Below, piece by piece: positions 62,496 through 64,000 of a DNA stretch of 64,000 bases. The notes beneath the pieces were generated by a model. The model did not search any database. It had not been told where the DNA came from and was given only the letters and a program-made list of their open reading frames with translations. The stretch's first letter is position 1, and each line of letters starts with the position of its first letter. Source of the stretch: an uncultured Chloroflexia bacterium (GTDB lineage Bacteria > Chloroflexota > Limnocylindria > Limnocylindrales > CSP1-4). The position numbers were made by a program, and so were the translations under genes. The stretch spans positions 64,001 to 128,000 of the forward strand of contig CAVVJT010000003.1 of NCBI GenBank assembly GCA_963748625.1, written 5' to 3'.

Positions 62496-64000
62496 GTGAA
62501 GCGTCTCTCCCTAGGACTCGCGGTCGTGGCCGCCGTCACGCTGGCCAGTCCGGCGGTGGCCCACGACAACCGCAGCGGCTTCGACACGAGCCACGCCTCC
62601 ATGGTCGAGCCCGTGATGGCGGGCGTCAGCGTCGATCCGATCATCACCGTCGGCGACACGCTGGGCAGCGGCTACCGCTTCGAGGCGATCCCCGACGGCA
62701 TCGCGGTTGCGACGCGGGGCAACGGGCGCGTGGACCTCTACGTCAACCACGAGACCGGGCGCGTCCCGTTCCCCTACAACACGGCCGCCCCGACGGCCGC
62801 CAACGGCGAGAACGACTTCGACAACTCCCAGGTCAGCCGCCTCGTCCTCAACGCCCACTCGGCCGGCGTCCTCAGCGGCAAGTTCGTCATCGACGCCAGC
62901 GAGGGCTACCAGCGCTTCTGCTCCAACTACCTCGCCACCAAGGCCGATGGGCTTCGACTCGCGACATCCTGTTCACCAACGAGGAGACGCCCGACTACGT
63001 CCGACGCGCCACCAACAGCTGGCCGATCGCGATCGGCAGTCCCGAGCAGCGCGAGGGCGGCGTTGTCGTCGCCTACGACGTCCGGACCGGCACCTCGAAG
63101 CCGATCTACGGCATGGGCCGCCACAATCACGAGAACAGCGTCCCGGTTCCGGGCTACGGCTACCCGGTCGTCCTCTCCGGCGACGACACGTTCACGAGCG
63201 GCCCGCTGACGCGGTGTCTTCCCCGCAGCCGCCGTTCCGGCCCAGTCGCAGGTGTACTCCTACATCGCGCCGCAGCACGAGACGCGCTCCTCGCCGACGA
63301 GGGCGACCTGTGGGCGTTCGTGTCCGACACGCCGGGCGTGAAGAACTACTACGACGTGCTCCCGGGTTCCGGCACGGTCGTCACCGGGCACTTCATCAAG
63401 GTGCCGCGCGAGATCGCGACCGGCCTCAAGGCCGACGGCACCGAGGTGAAGGCCGCCGACTTCGGCTTCCCGCAGCCGCCGACCAACGGAAGCTGGCAGA
63501 CGCGACCTGCGCTCGGTGGCCCCCGTGGGGATCGACGGCCCGCAGTGGGTGCTCGAGTACTGGAGCGACAGCAACAACGTCTTCCAGTTCGTCCGCATCG
63601 AGGACATCGCCTACGACAAGCGGCCCGGGATGGAGCAACGTCGTCTACCTCGTGGACTCCGGCCGCGGACGCGCCGCAACTGCGTCGTTGGACACCCCCA
63701 ACTTCCGCTCGTCCAACGGCCGCGTCTGGAAGATGGTCCTCGACCAGCAGCGACCCGACGGTGGTGACGTCGCTGACGGTCTTCGTCGAGGGTGACGACA
63801 ACCCAGTGAAGACCCCCGGCGAGGTCCACCAGCCGGACAACATCGAGACCACGCAGACCGGCGTCCTGCTGACCGAGGATCCGGGATCGTCCCAGCAGTT
63901 CCCGGCCGGCTCCACCGACCCGGCAGCCACCACCGCCCGGCTGTGGTACGTCCCGTTCGACGGCAGCGCGCCGCAGGTCGTCGTCAAGGTCGACCAGTCC
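62496..64000 (+). CDS. PhoX-like (DUF839) secreted alkaline phosphatase; frameshifted and 3' truncated
   Basis: Signal peptide; NHET, RFCSN, MGRHNHEN, RIEDIAYD, NGRVWK, HQPDNI, TED motifs across frames. Confidence 0.75.

Overview
High-GC bacterial chromosomal segment. Gene style suggests a Chloroflexota, possibly Limnocylindria-like; this is inference only. The left ~43 kb is mostly core genes: pheT end, cvpA, mpg, mutS2, a class A PBP, tyrS, a his cluster led by a YerC/TrpR-like regulator with divergent hisA, EF-G2, yebC-ruvC-ruvA, ruvB-tgt-(small ORF)-recA-recX, rny-ymdB-PHP, terC and miaB-miaA-hflX. The right ~21 kb is more accessory: a SnoaL-like cassette, orphan genes, vapBC, a second class A PBP paralog, an A-T-acyltransferase fusion, an ArsR-SRPBCC operon, a divergent acetyltransferase/deacetylase pair and a PhoX-like gene. 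Main unannotated signals: (1) a ~120-nt candidate standalone ncRNA with twin G(CUUG)C arms, its own -10 box and upstream DnaA-box-like motifs (38438-38562); (2) a dif-like XerC/D site at 43520-43547 that may be interrupted by an AT-richer one-gene cassette; (3) a GtrA flippase fused to an HPr-kinase-like domain and coupled to a GT-C glycosyltransferase; (4) a 51-aa basic ORF before recA; (5) pervasive leaderless promoter architecture and two CTG starts. Several single-base frameshifts (pheT, fusA2, and many beyond ~59 kb) look like sequencing or assembly indels. No rRNA, tRNA, CRISPR or transposase was seen.
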